Part shown: piece after piece, positions 51,904 to 64,000 of the stretch
Layout of the letters: each line of letters opens with the position of its first letter
Numbering within the stretch: the first letter of the stretch is position 1
NCBI RefSeq assembly: GCF_001194135.2
Contig: NC_068982.1
Location: 167,414,095-167,478,094, forward strand
Reading direction: 5' to 3'
Length of the DNA stretch: 64,000 nucleotides
DNA from: Octopus bimaculoides
Lineage: Eukaryota
Notes under the pieces: generated by a model
What the model saw: the letters and a program-made list of their open reading frames with translations, nothing else
The model's database searches: none
What the model was told of the DNA's origin: nothing
Made by a program: the position numbers and the translations under genes

Positions 51904-52028
51904 CTCGAGAAGCTGCTTTATGGGAAATGGAAAAGAACCAACTTCATGATAAACACCAACAAGAGAAAGGTCAGCTGAAAGACTTGTTCTTCCTTAAAAG
52001 ACATCAAATGCTTAACCGGCATGTAAAG
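51904..52028 (+). CDS. SLK: SLK-family exon E: (A)REAALWEMEKNQLHDKHQQEKGQLKDLFFLKRHQMLNRHVK
   Basis: Not in the ORF track; translated by hand. TTTTAG acceptor, AAG|GTAAAA donor, 125 nt phase 1-0 completing exon D. Matches SLK [42 protein letters not shown]. Confidence 0.93.
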
Positions 52029-52396
52029 GTAAAATCATTGATATAAGCATTTTGATTTTTTTTCCGTTTAGCTATATTTTACAATAATAACAATTTCCAA
52101 TCTCATCTTTACCTCCTTTTGCCCCTTAAGGATCACCTTCAGATTAATAATCGTCACCAGCTCAATCTTATCCCCTTTAGTCTCCTTCATCATCACCATC
52201 CTCTTTAATCTTCCCCATCATCACCGTCTTCATTAATCATCCTCATCATCACCATTAGCCTCAGCATATAACCTTGCAACTTCTTTGTTTAGTCTCTAAG
52301 TCCTTTTTTTTTGTCTTTTTACTTGCTGAATCCATATATTTCATAGTCTAATCCATGTTCTGTAGTTTTGAATTGGTACATGTTTCTCTCTCTCAG

Positions 52397-52585
52397 GAAA
52401 TTGAACAAATGAAACGAAGTAATGCAGCCAAGGAAGAAGAAGTTCAGCGCTACCAAATTCTTGACAAGAGGCGCCATCCAAAAGTGATTAAGAGCCAATC
52501 AAAAATCCGTGCCCAGATGTTCAAACAGAGTTTACGGCTGAGCACCGTTGGAACACCTGAAGAAGATAGAGCCAAGATGAAACAG
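52397..52585 (+). CDS. SLK: SLK-family exon F: EIEQMKRSNAAKEEEVQRYQILDKRRHPKVIKSQSKIRAQMFKQSLRLSTVGTPEEDRAKMKQ
   Basis: CTCTCAG acceptor, CAG|GTAAGA donor, 189 nt phase 0-0. Matches SLK ETEQMQRYN...[37 protein letters not shown]. Confidence 0.93.
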
Positions 52586-54058
52586 GTAAGATAGTTGTTT
52601 CTTTTATATTTCTAGTCTTCTATTTATATGTTTAGTTGGAATTTTGCTTTTCCTTAATTTAACCATTAGGTGATATCAGTTATTTTATTAATTAGATTTT
52701 ACTGAGAAACTGTGCCTTGGCAGAATTACTGGGCTATTTTGTTTTGTCTCTTTCTGTCTTGAATTGAAATCACACTGCAGTTAACTTTGCTTTGTCATCC
52801 CCTGGGTGGGTTGTTTAAAATAAATTCTTCTCATGTATCAGAGTTGAATCAATGGGCTACATGAATGTGTTTCCTTGTGTTAATGTTAGAAATTATAATT
52901 TTATTCTTTCTCTGAAGGTTAGTAAAATTATCCCTTTGTTGAATGTGCAATTAATATTTATCTTGCACAGATCTGTGGAATCAGTAGCTTGATTTTTTTT
53001 TTTTTTGTATTTGCATACGTCTATTAATGAGCTCATGAATCTCTCCTCACATTGCCCCCCCCCTCTTCCAGATACCCCCTACTGTATAGTTTTATGTTAA
53101 TGCTGCAAGCCACTGAAGCCTGTCAGTTGTACAATATTCATACAACTTACAGTCATGAGCTATGCTTCCATGTGGTGCCTATTTGCAGACAGATGGACCA
53201 AGCCTTGTAAGAATGGCCATAGTCATGGTCACAATGAAATGGCTAAGAATGATTGTTACTGTCATTGAACGTTACTTTATTTCACTAATTGTTTTAGATA
53301 TTAGCCCAGTGTTATGTTACATTACCATACTGAATTATAATGAAGTGAATTGACAATGTTTATTCTTGCTACATCTGTTGAAATATCACTGAGGCTACTT
53401 TGCCGTTCATCCTTCTAGGGTTGATAAATAAAGTACCAATCTCAGACAGTGGACCAACAGAATCATTAGTGTAGGAAGCGATGCTTTGTGGAGTTTGTTC
53501 TGATTTTTGTTTAAAGTTCAAATCCTGTTTTGGCCTACTGTAGTTGAATCCACTTTGATGAGAACATTCAGACTAAATATCCAGTTTGGAGATACATTTC
53601 TCCCTCCTTTCCACTAGCGTCAGGCATTCTGGAAAGAGTCAGGGGCATGGCACTTTCTCCTTACTAAAATAAATAAATACCAACTCTGAACAATTATTTT
53701 GCTTGTTTTCTTGACATTTCCCTTTTGATTGAATTCAATTTCTTGACGAATGATCTAATTAGTATCTATTTATTGAAAATGATATGTGTGTGTATGTATA
53801 TGAGTAGGAGAGTGAAAGAGAGAGGCTTGTGTATTGCCTGTGAGAATGTGGTTATAAAAAGACTACACCCTTGTTATAACATCGATTTTTATGTAACTGT
53901 TACAGAGTGTAGTGTGACATTGTTGAAAAGTAGGTACTCTGTTGTTTAGCATTACCCACAACCTTCCATACTTACATATTTAAGAATGTGCATGGATGGT
54001 GACTGAACTGATTTTTTTTTTCTTACATTTACACTGTTGCATTTTCCTTTGGTTCCAG

Positions 54059-54184
54059 TTTGAAGAAAATGAAAAGAAACGGATGAAATCTGAGTTTGCA
54101 CGTCTAGAAACTAAACACAAGAAGCAATGGGATAAATTGCTCTTGGACAATGAGACCGCTCTCAAGGAATTGGAACAAATACAG
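54059..54184 (+). CDS. SLK: SLK-family exon G: FEENEKKRMKSEFARLETKHKKQWDKLLLDNETALKELEQIQ
   Basis: TTCCAG acceptor, CAG|GTAACT donor, 126 nt phase 0-0. Matches SLK FAAQEEKRQKNERMAQHQKHENQ...VRELHQLQ. Confidence 0.92.
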
Positions 54185-54751
54185 GTAACTTAAAACAGTT
54201 TTATTTTAATGGTGATTGTGATGGTTGAAGGACAATGTAAACTGAATTGGGTATTGTTAAGTAATGTATCTATGAAATAGGGGAAGGGAAGGAAGGGAAT
54301 AATTCGATCAAGACCAACGCAGCAGAATCAAATGAAACTCAACCCAGAAAGGGAATTTTTGCCAATCAGGTTTTCTTATGAACGTGATTTTGGGTTCTAG
54401 TAAATGTTAGTATTGACTTGCAATGCTTGAAGACATATGTTGATACCAGATGGCAGCTTGAGTATAAGTTAATGGTTGTAAATGGTAGCTAATATAGTGG
54501 TATGTGTGGACATATGATGTTAGTGAATGGTTTGTAGAATAGAGATGAGGATGTTATAGATATGATGGTGGTATGTGGTGAGAAGTGTTTGTAGTGGTGA
54601 GTGAGTGTGACATTGACATGTGATTGTTGTGGATGGTAACAAGGACAGCAGTAAGTGGAGTGGGGTTGTGTTTGTGGGAATGTGAGGTAATGATTTGTAG
54701 CTAGGATAGAGATCAATCATGAGAATTCTTCATAAATATTTTTCTATTCAG

Positions 54752-54865
54752 GCTGAGAAACGCAAGATGTTGATGGAGCATGAAACTCAAAAGATTAAAG
54801 AATTAGATGACCAGTATCAAAATCAACTCCGTAAATGGAAAAGTGAGTTGATTCCGCGGAAACAG
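54752..54865 (+). CDS. SLK: SLK-family exon H: AEKRKMLMEHETQKIKELDDQYQNQLRKWKSELIPRKQ
   Basis: TATTCAG acceptor, CAG|GTAAGC donor, 114 nt phase 0-0. Matches SLK [38 protein letters not shown]. Confidence 0.93.
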
Positions 54866-55011
54866 GTAAGCGAATGCATTGGATCTTTCAATATGACAGT
54901 ACTTTTAATGACTAAATCGTTCATTATATAATATTTGCTTAAGTTTTTAATCGAATCTTTGATTTACTGCTTTCTTTCAATCTCTTAAATTTGTAATTTT
55001 ATTTTATGCAG

Positions 55012-55170
55012 AAACTAGAAGAAGAGTTTTTCCACCAGAAAGAAGATCAAGAAAAGTTTTATGGTAACACATTATTAGGTTCAGGTGATGGCAACTCTGA
55101 ATCGAGTCTCAGTCCTGGAAGTCTACGAAAGAAGGATTCTTCCTCAGTTCGGCACTCAACAATTATATAG
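55012..55170 (+). CDS. SLK: SLK-family terminal coding exon: KLEEEFFHQKEDQEKFYGNTLLGSGDGNSESSLSPGSLRKKDSSSVRHSTII*
   Basis: TTTTATGCAG acceptor; translated by hand to TAG at 55168-55170. N-terminal part matches SLK TLEEEFARKLQEQEVFF. Confidence 0.88.
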   Translation, partial: KLEEEFFHQKEDQEKFYGNTLLGSGDGNSESSLSPGSLRKKDSSSVRHSTII

Positions 55171-55277
55171 GAGGAATTCTTCCTTTTCATCACTTTCAAA
55201 CCAGAGATTCCTATGTAAAAATAATGATAATTTTAATAATGATGATATGATAATAATAATTATAATAATAACATAAT

Positions 55278-55686
55278 AATAAATATATTAATGATGATGA
55301 AAAATAAAGGACGACAACAAGAAAAGAATGTGCTATAACTCCTCTCCTCTTTCAGTTAAACTGTCAGACACAAGTCTGTTATAGTTTGTAAGTATTTGAT
55401 TGTATGAATGAAAGTGGAGCCCTCGTCCCATCGATGGCTGTTTACTTGATCAGTTGATTAATTCCCCTAAATCATATTGATTGCAATCTTGAAAGCCTCA
55501 TCTTCCTAATGCCTGTTATATACCCCCACCTTTTGTTATAGGCTGTTTTTATTTTAACCATGATAAAAGCTTTCAGTTTAAAACTGAAGTTTGTTCTTTT
55601 TTTACATGTTTTTTTCTTGTTCTGTTACACTGGAAAAATAAAACAAAACACTCGCACATGCACACACACACATGCACACACACATG

Positions 55687-55771
<85 letters not shown>

Positions 55772-56212
55772 AATACATGCCTGTTTACCATTCTACTTAT
55801 CTTTGTGGTAAGAATTCTGTTTCTTGCAGAAATATTTTGTTAACATTCAACCTGTAAAAGTTTCCAGTAACTTCTGTATGATTTAATAAAAGCTAACTAA
55901 ATTGTTGATCACTTATGTACAGATTTTATCCTATGTGTCACAAACATGTCTACTTGTCAAACTATATTCATCTTTGTGTCTTTTGCAATTGAAAATTTGG
56001 GTTGTAGGGGAAAAGTGCAAAGGATTTTTTGGAGTTAAAAAAATGTTGATATCATTGGCAAATGATGCTTTTAGCTGTGTAATGGTATATTGAAATGTAT
56101 TTAAATCTGTGATCTTCTTTATGAAATAGTTCATTCTTTTGTCAGTTTTAGAGTAAGTTGGGTATTCCAGCACTGAAAACAGTTCATTCAGGTTTTGATG
56201 GGCTGCAAAATC

Positions 56213-56246
<34 letters not shown>

Positions 56247-56726
56247 CATGCATGCATATATATATATATATATATAGATGATGATGATGATGATGATATA
56301 CATATATATTTCAATGACTTAAACTGATATGTGTGTGTGTGTACATGTTTGTATATGTGTATGTGCATGTACATCACACGCACATATTGTTGTTGTTAAT
56401 TCTGTTAGAATTCAATTAAAGCAAAGTATTCAGTACACCATGAAAAGTGTATAGTAATTTATTTAATAAGAAGTTACTCTTGCAATATTAATTATTCTGG
56501 TTACAATAATGGAGTATTCATCAGAAAGTTGGACAACGTTAGTAATGGCAATTACTCCCCCACATTCTCAAGTGAGACTGGACAAGACAGAGATAGTAGT
56601 CTTGTCTAGGCCCACTTAAACACAAACTTATATAAGTGAGGAATCACTATGGATATCCCATTCTCTGATGAAATTCCATGAATGTCACAGAACTATTCCT
56701 GTCAGAGTCACTTTTCATTAAGTAAA

Positions 56727-56760
<34 letters not shown>

Positions 56761-56850
56761 CGTATGTATATATATATATATATGCACATACATGTTCATA
56801 CACATATACACATGCATTTTATTTCTTTTCTGTTATAACATTTCAATAAA
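55278..56850 (+). terminator. Candidate poly(A) signals of the SLK-family 3' UTR
   Basis: AATAAA at 55278, 55303, 55637, 55885 and 56845. The last is followed by a T-rich tract near 56880. The site actually used is unknown, and the hexamer is common in AT-rich DNA. Confidence 0.4.
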
Positions 56851-57339
56851 ACTGAGCAGAGTTCAAGAATCTAATTTTAATTTTTTGTTTTAATATTTCA
56901 CTATATTGACAACTATTTTCACTTTCAAATTTATCTTTATTTTTTATTTTGCTTAAAGACGGTCTGTGACCTCTTAGAATAGTGGCTTATGAAGAATATT
57001 TTTCCTTAAAAAAGAAAAAAAAAACCCTTAAAAAAAAATGCCCCCAAAAGTCTTGGATTAATCTATTGATTTATTTTTTTCTTTCTAGATTAGAATTTAA
57101 ATGTGTAAGTGTGACCATGCCAATGATGTTTTCTTTGCATATCTTCATTTCTCTGAAGTGTGGTAATTTAATATTGTACTATAATAATAATAATTATTAT
57201 TATTTTTACTACTACTACTACTGTTCTAGATTTTAAATAGTTTTGCAGTGGTGTAAAATTGATAACTTCTTTGTGGTACTTGGGCTTGATTCAAGGACTT
57301 ATTATTATTATTATTATTATTATTATGATTATTATTATT

Positions 57340-57557
57340 AAGCCAGTGTACTGGCAGAATCATTAGCACTCTGGACAAAATGCTTAGTGACATTTACTGT
57401 CTTTATGTTCTGAGTTCAAATGTTGCTGAGCGAGGTCAACTTTGTCTTTCATCGTTTTGGAGTTGATAAAATAAGTACCACCAGTTGAGTACTGAGATCA
57501 ATGTAATTGACTTACACTCTCCCTTGAAATTACTGGCCTGATGCCAAAATTTAAAAC

Positions 57558-57588
<31 letters not shown>

Positions 57589-58315
57589 GTTGTTAAGGCA
57601 GTTAGATGGCAGAATCATTTGCATGCTGGATGAAATGCTTAGTGGTATTTTGCCTGTTGCTACATTCTGAGTTCAAATTCTGCTGAGGTTGACTTTGCCT
57701 TTGATCCTTTTGGGGTCGATAAATTAAGTACCAGTGAAACACTGAAGTCAATGAAATCGACTTACCCCTCCTCCCCCAGGATTGCTGCCTTTGTGGAAAA
57801 ATTTGAAACCCTTATCATCATCATCATCATCATTATTATTATTATTATTATTCAGAGTGTCAGAAGAAATGCTTTGCAATATTTCTTTCAGTTCTTTATG
57901 TTCTGAGTTCAAGCCCAGTTGTAGCCAACATTGTCTTTCATCCTTTTGGGTTTGATAAAATAATTACCAGTTGAGTACTGGTATTCATTTATTTGATGTA
58001 ATTGACTAACCCCCTCCTTCTACAATTACTGGCCTTGTGCCAAAATTTGAAACAATTATTATTATTATTATTGTTGTTATTATAGCTTGGCCTTGTGCCT
58101 ATGTAAAAATCATATAATAATAATTATTATTATCAGTTGGAATGGCAGAGAGAATTGGGAAGACATTTAATGCTCTCACATAAAATCCTGCCAGAAATAA
58201 CTTTGCCTTTTAATCATATGGCATCAATAAATTTGACCCAGTTATGCACTGGGGTCAATAAAATTGAGTACATCCCTTTCATAAAATGGTAGACGTTGTG
58301 CCAAAATTAGAAATC
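57340..58315 (+). mobile_element. Head-to-tail stack of four SINE family A copies separated by (ATT)n
   Basis: Copies at about 57340-57560, 57595-57810, 57860-58050 and 58135-58315, each ending ...CCAAAATTTGAAA(C) + (ATT)n. Confidence 0.75.
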
Positions 58316-58339
58316 ATTATTGTTATTATTATTATTATT

Positions 58340-60980
58340 ATTAATCTCCTCATCAGCCTCAATATTTTATGCTGTTTTTCTAAGCATGCATGATTGGGAC
58401 AGGTCTTCTCTGACAACAGCATATTACCACATGTTGTGGTCCTTTGTCATTTCTTTCATGAAGGCCAGCCTCTTGATGTCAGCTTTCAGCACTTCTTGTG
58501 TCTTCTTTGGTCTTCCTCTTTCACAAGATTCCTTCCACCTGGATTGCTTGGCACTTTTTCACACAAATATCATCTTCCACATGTGTTGTATGTTTGAACC
58601 AGCCTCACACTATACCTGATTCCTCTTCTACCCAGTTTTTCTCTTCCCTCATTTGTACTTCATCACTCATGCAGACTAACAATACACATCTAGTGGAGCA
58701 TACTTGCCTCATATTTTTTTTCTCTGTTGTTATACATTTTCTACATTCAATACCCTTGTTTCACTACCATGCAAAATTACACTTTATACAACCATCATAC
58801 AATCTGCCTTTTACTTGGATTGAGAATCCCCTTGTTATCAGTAGAAACGATAATGCCCTGAACTTCTTTTCTACCTCATTTTTACTCTGTTTACTATGCT
58901 TTCAAAACACTCATATTCAGTGCTTATTAGATCTCAGAAGCAATAGAAGCTATGAAACTATTTTTAGTAAGCCTTCTGAACATTTGAAATAGTTATTCAA
59001 TGGGTGCTCTTACTGCTAACTATTCCTGTGCATCTGTTGCATACAAAGTCTTCCTTCTCTTTCAGTCTGCCTTTCATCTCTCTCTGTCTCATGTGCACCT
59101 ATAGTTTATGCTGGGTACATTGTGTATGGAATTCTTTTGTACTTCTTTTCTGCATATTGAATAAGACCACTTTCCAGATGACAGTAGAATCCTGTTTTCT
59201 TTCCTGTTAAATTGACTTTAATATTTGCTAGGTTCTCTTTGAAGACTTTCAATTCTAGGTTTTGCTATCACATTAGGAATTTCTTCCATAAATCTTAAAC
59301 AGTTTCAGTTAGAAGAACAGTATCATTGGTATACATGAGTTCCAGTGCATTGCCATGGCTTAGAGCAGGGGTTTTCAAACTTTTTGACTTGTGGACCCCT
59401 TTATATTTCAGGTTTTACCTTAGGGACCCCCTTATAAACGCTTATGAAATTTACACATAAATATTTGCTTAAAATAACATTTTTACATTTATTTATTTAT
59501 TAAATAGGTTTATTGTCAATTAAAAGATTTCGATTAAAAAACATATATAAAATCAAATTGCCCATAAAAAGTATTTGCTGTCCACGGACCCCCTGTCTTG
59601 TCCTTGCGGACCCCCTGTGGTCCGGGGACCACAGTTTGAAAGCCCCTGGCTTAGAGAACTATCGTAAACAAAAGGAGACAGAGAACCAGCACTGATTGAC
59701 ACCTACCTCCACATCAGATTTCTCACTGAACCTGCTAGCTCTCTTCTTGCTTACAATCTATCTGTACATGGCTTGCACAGCTCCTTCAAGCAATTCATTT
59801 ACCTTTAGTTTTCTTAATGACCACTATAGACTACACAGCATGTTACCCAGCCAAATACCTTCTCCAGGTCAATGGATGCTAGATATAGTGGCTTGCATTC
59901 AGTTAAAACTGCTTCCTTTTTCAAGAGGAAAAGAGCATTAGTAGTACTTCATCCTGGAAAAATCTAAATTGCCTCTCATCTAAGCTAATTCTCTTCCTAA
60001 TCTGTGGTGCTATAATATTTTCAGTTACTTTCATAACTTAAACCAGCTTGGTGACTCTATTGTTGAATCTTTCCAGAGCATCTCCTTGCCCTTGTAGCAG
60101 TTGATGATAGTACTACCATACCAGTAATTTTGGTATGACACCTATATACTAACAGATTATGTAAGTGTTTAGCACATAGCCTACTTCACCGAATATTTTC
60201 AATATCTCAGCAACTATTCCTGCATTCATACCCTTAATAGCACTTTTGACCATATAGCAGTCAACTTCAATAGCTGGTCCCTTTGTTGGCTCTACTTGGG
60301 ATAGTACCTTTCTTCTACATATTTCCCTCATTCAGCAACCTTTTATAGAAACGTTTTCAAGCTTTTTCTTTCTTGGTGCCAGTACACACTTTTCCCTACC
60401 AATATCTAATTCATATTGACACAACCAGGGACATCTCATGCATCTGATCTTCACATTGTAAAACACTGGCAAACCTCTTTCAGCCTCCCTTTTTGCTATG
60501 TGTACCTGATATCTGATGTAGTATTTTGCTCCCCACTTCCAGTCTTTCTTTCTAGGTTTGCGTCTTGCTACAATGGCCCTATCCACCACCCCATTCTACC
60601 ATTATGTTACATTTTACCTGATTAGGATTTTGAACCATCCACAGATCCAATTCTCTGTTTCACAGCAAGTTGTCTTATAGAAACTCTCAGTTGTCTTCTG
60701 TGTTATAGGCCTCTATCTCCTCTTTCTTTTCAATATGCTTGTCACCTTTTTTGAACCCACATCTAGCAGAGGAATCTTTCAGCTTCTATATATTCTTTCT
60801 TCATGTTGTCTAATGTCACTAATCACTAGTCTTTGTTAGTGGTACATTCTTCATTGGGGTAAGATTCGGTATTCACAACCATCTGTTTGTTTCCTGATGT
60901 GTAAGAAGTCAATTTGTGGGTTTGCCTGATTTGTATGTGATCAGGTGGTTGGCCAGTTTCCTGAAGTTAATGTTGCATTA
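58340..60980 (-). mobile_element. Decayed RTE-clade LINE (endonuclease end, RT, C-terminus), interrupted by a hAT MITE
   Basis: Motifs in the expected order on the minus strand: NFRKLANHLITYKSG (EN); VKSAIKGM...IVAEILK; DWYGSTIINCYKGKGDALE; VGVNQ..LLFTIV; degenerate YTND (YADD); SGKWSYSICRK; ERGRPKKT; CATGC-containing 3' tail. Confidence 0.8.
59366..59648. mobile_element. hAT (Charlie-like) MITE, 283 bp
   Basis: 15-bp TIRs CAGGGGTTTTCAAAC / GTTTGAAAGCCCCTG (1 mismatch). Perfect 8-bp TSD GCTTAGAG at 59358-59365 and 59649-59656. Repeated subterminal GGACCCC motifs. Confidence 0.9.
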
Positions 60981-63241
60981 CAGAACTTCAGTGTTAATAC
61001 TTATAGTGGTATCAATAGTAAAATTAATAATTTTCAAGAGATAGTTTTCTTAATGAAGGTACTATATAAAAACAAAAAAATATTTTTACTCTGCTTTGGT
61101 AAGAGAAGGGGATAAATGTTTCAAGCAGTTCCAGTTTTTGGAAGTTAAGAATTTATCCCCAATTTGACATGAAGTTTATATTTCTACTGATGAAATTAAA
61201 AATGTTGCAATTCATTGATGATTAATATTTTCATATTATCTTTCTCTGTCTGTCTGTCATGTTGTAGAATTTTTGAATGACTGCATCTGCCTGCTTAGAA
61301 TTCTTGAGAGGCAGCTATGCAACTGAGAATAATAAAAATGTTAATAAGTAGAATGATGTTTTGTACAAAATATAAGGTCCCTGTGGGATAGCTACTGTGG
61401 AGTGGTATCTATATCTGTAAGATGGTAATACAAATTAGGTTATCAAATATTAAACCATAAAACAAAAAAAACAGGAAAAAATGTATTTTGGCAACATTGA
61501 AAAATTTTCTGCTGTATCAATGTAGGAGAGAAAATATATATATATATAAAATAACAACCCAAACCACAGAGCTGTTATAGAACCATATATAAATAATGCT
61601 TTTCTTGTATACATAAATATATTTTTATATATTATGCACACTTACATAATTTTTGAGTGTCTTTTAAATGTTAGTAGCTAAATATTATGTTTTACCGTTT
61701 TCCAAATAGATGTGTACAGATTTTAGATTAAACCTAAATGTTTTTGAAAACATTATTTAGAATTGTTGGAATGTTTGTTTCACTAATTTATCAAGATTCC
61801 CCTCTTTCTGGTAATTTGATATTTTCTCTGTTTTTGTTTTCTTTTTATTTCAAACAATCTATTTAAAAAGTAATAGAAATGGTCAAATGTAAAGAGTACT
61901 CAGCTAACAACTCATGAGTCTTGAATTCATAATCTATTGTCACTGTTTACCTGTTATCTCTGAGCAGTAGATTTAAATTTTTATGCTTTGCTTCACATAG
62001 AGTGAGAATTGGAGTTACAACTGAATTTTTTTTAAAAACAGTTTACCTCTGATAGACTAAGCACTTATCTAAGGCTAGACTAGTCTCACATTACATTACT
62101 GAAGCTAAAAAATGCATCAGCTTTGTTTATTGCAAGTAACATTTTTATAATTCATTTAATTTTTCATAGAGATATTTTCTCTAATTTCTTCACTTGTATT
62201 ACATGTTTCTTAGCAGTCTACTCCTATTCTCTTATTCCACCTTTCCCTATTTGAAAGCACTATTGGTATTTCTTGTTATTTTCACCTATTCATTGCATTC
62301 TGAGTTCAAATCCTGCCAAGGCTGGCTTAAAATTTCAGCTCTCAGGTGTTGATAAAGCAAGTAACTATGATATACTGCGAATCGATTCAATCAACGACCC
62401 ATTTTTATTACAAATTTGTGGCCTCATGCCAAAGAATCACTAAAAACGTTGTATTCAGTTACATCCCTTTATGGTGTAAATTCAAACCCCATTGAAAAAA
62501 ATATGTACCAAATTCTCTTCTAATACCATTATTATTAGCGTTGTTTTCCACCAGAATATAGGTATTCTCGTACAGTTCTGCTCTATTCTTGTCAGTAATA
62601 TTTATATATTCCTTCTAAACTCTCGACATCAGTTAAAAACTCGCAGCATAAAGCTCAATTTATCTGTCAAAAAAACCCAATTGAACCAAATAACTACTAA
62701 TTCAAGGGACATAATCCGTCTAATTGTCCGTCTAGATTTTCCTCCCCTTGATATTTTACCCATATTTCTCTCCAACGAAACATTTCGTNNNNNNNNNNNN
62801 NNNNNNNNNNNNNNNNNNNNNNNNNNNNNNNNNNNNNNNNNNNNNNNNNNNNNNNNNNNNNNNNNNNNNNNNNNNNNNNNNNNNNNNNNNNNNNNNNNNN
62901 NNNNNNNNNNNNNNNNNNNNNNNNNNNNNNNNNNNNNNNNNNNNNNNNNNNNNNNNNNNNNNNNNNNNNNNNNNNNNNNNNNNNNNNNNNNNNNNNNNNN
63001 NNNNNNNNNNNNNNNNNNNNNNNNNNNNNNNNNNNNNNNNNNNNNNNNNNNNNNNNNNNNNNNNNNNNNNNNNNNNNTATTAAAAAAAAAAATTAGACTA
63101 GAACGGTAAAATTCTTTTTGCTGTAAAACTAGTTTTGTTCATTATTATATTTTGAAATTCTATAATTAGTGTGAGTGATAGAAAGAAAAAAAAAAAGTAA
63201 CAATCCAATTTCCAGTTTGTTTTGTGATATGATACGTTTAA

Positions 63242-63282
<41 letters not shown>

Positions 63283-64000
63283 AGTAGAGTAGAGAGGTGA
63301 GGTAGATAGAATGTGAGAGAATATCTTTTAAATTCTATTGGGTCTTTGTGAATACCATATGGTGACTGAATCAAGAGCAAGATATTTCAATGGATCATAC
63401 ACCCTGCCAAGTGACACTGATGGGAGGATCTGAACTCTGCAATTACATAGTGCTCCTGCCTGCTGTCGCATACACTGCAAAGTTGAACATACACATGATA
63501 CCAGTTTCTAGATTTGTGATTAGTATCTTGACCATGGACACAGGTCAGTGGTAATTATAAGACATGGACTATTAATAACCTTGTTCAACATTCTATTGGC
63601 TTTACCCTCTGTAGCTCTCTAACAAAAAATGACTGTTTGTTTTTTTTTTTTTTTCTCAAATTGGATGAATAATAAAAGTTTATTCTATTTTGAGTTATAA
63701 TCTATGATAATTGCATGATAATTGCCCTGAAAGGATTGCTTGAAAGTTCTATTTGAAATATTTGTATGTTAAATCTATTGATATTTTGTCTTTTCATTTG
63801 TTTCCTTAATATAGAAACTGAATCACCACTTCCCGTTCTACCTCAGAAATTCTCTGAGATTTTCCATCTGTCAATCTTTCTAAGCAATACAATTTACTAT
63901 AAAGAAAATTTTTATCACACCATATTTACAAGATTTTTTTCTTTTACATTACATTTATCAATTACTATTTTTTTTATCGGGATTTTATGTTAGTACTTGA

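Noticed and set aside
42212-55170. Assignment to TAO kinases or a myosin/tropomyosin-type coiled coil
   Set aside because: Motifs AREAALWE, RHQML.RH, MFKQSLR and EHETQK.KELD follow SLK/STK10 collinearly to the C-terminus.
58498-58992. 164-aa plus-strand ORF
   Set aside because: It is the antisense frame of the decayed RTE LINE.

Overview
AT-rich, microsatellite- and repeat-dense animal genomic DNA with N gaps. The SINE/RTE families suggest a cephalopod, most likely Octopus (inference from memory, not a database search). One protein-coding gene is clearly supported: the 3' half of a STE20-like kinase of the SLK/STK10(LOK)/Slik family on the + strand. Nine GT-AG exons between 42212 and 55170 splice in frame, encode about 412 aa of the C-terminal coiled-coil (PKK) region and end in ...RHSTII*. 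No kinase-domain exon was recognised in the first 42 kb, which therefore looks like very long intron sequence. The rest is transposon debris: Tigger/pogo, Penelope-like GIY-YIG, Helitron Rep/helicase, mariner remnants including a fold-back element, piggyBac-like and hAT MITEs, a decayed RTE LINE, tRNA-like SINEs and simple repeats. The most intriguing unexplained signal is an exon-like stretch at about 26.8-27.3 kb. It has a consensus donor that splices in frame to the SLK exon at 42212, an SLK-motif-like reading frame broken by one TAA, and an in-frame ATG. It could be an alternative first exon for a kinase-less isoform, a poison exon or a decayed exon duplicate. I found no evidence for a novel multi-gene system.
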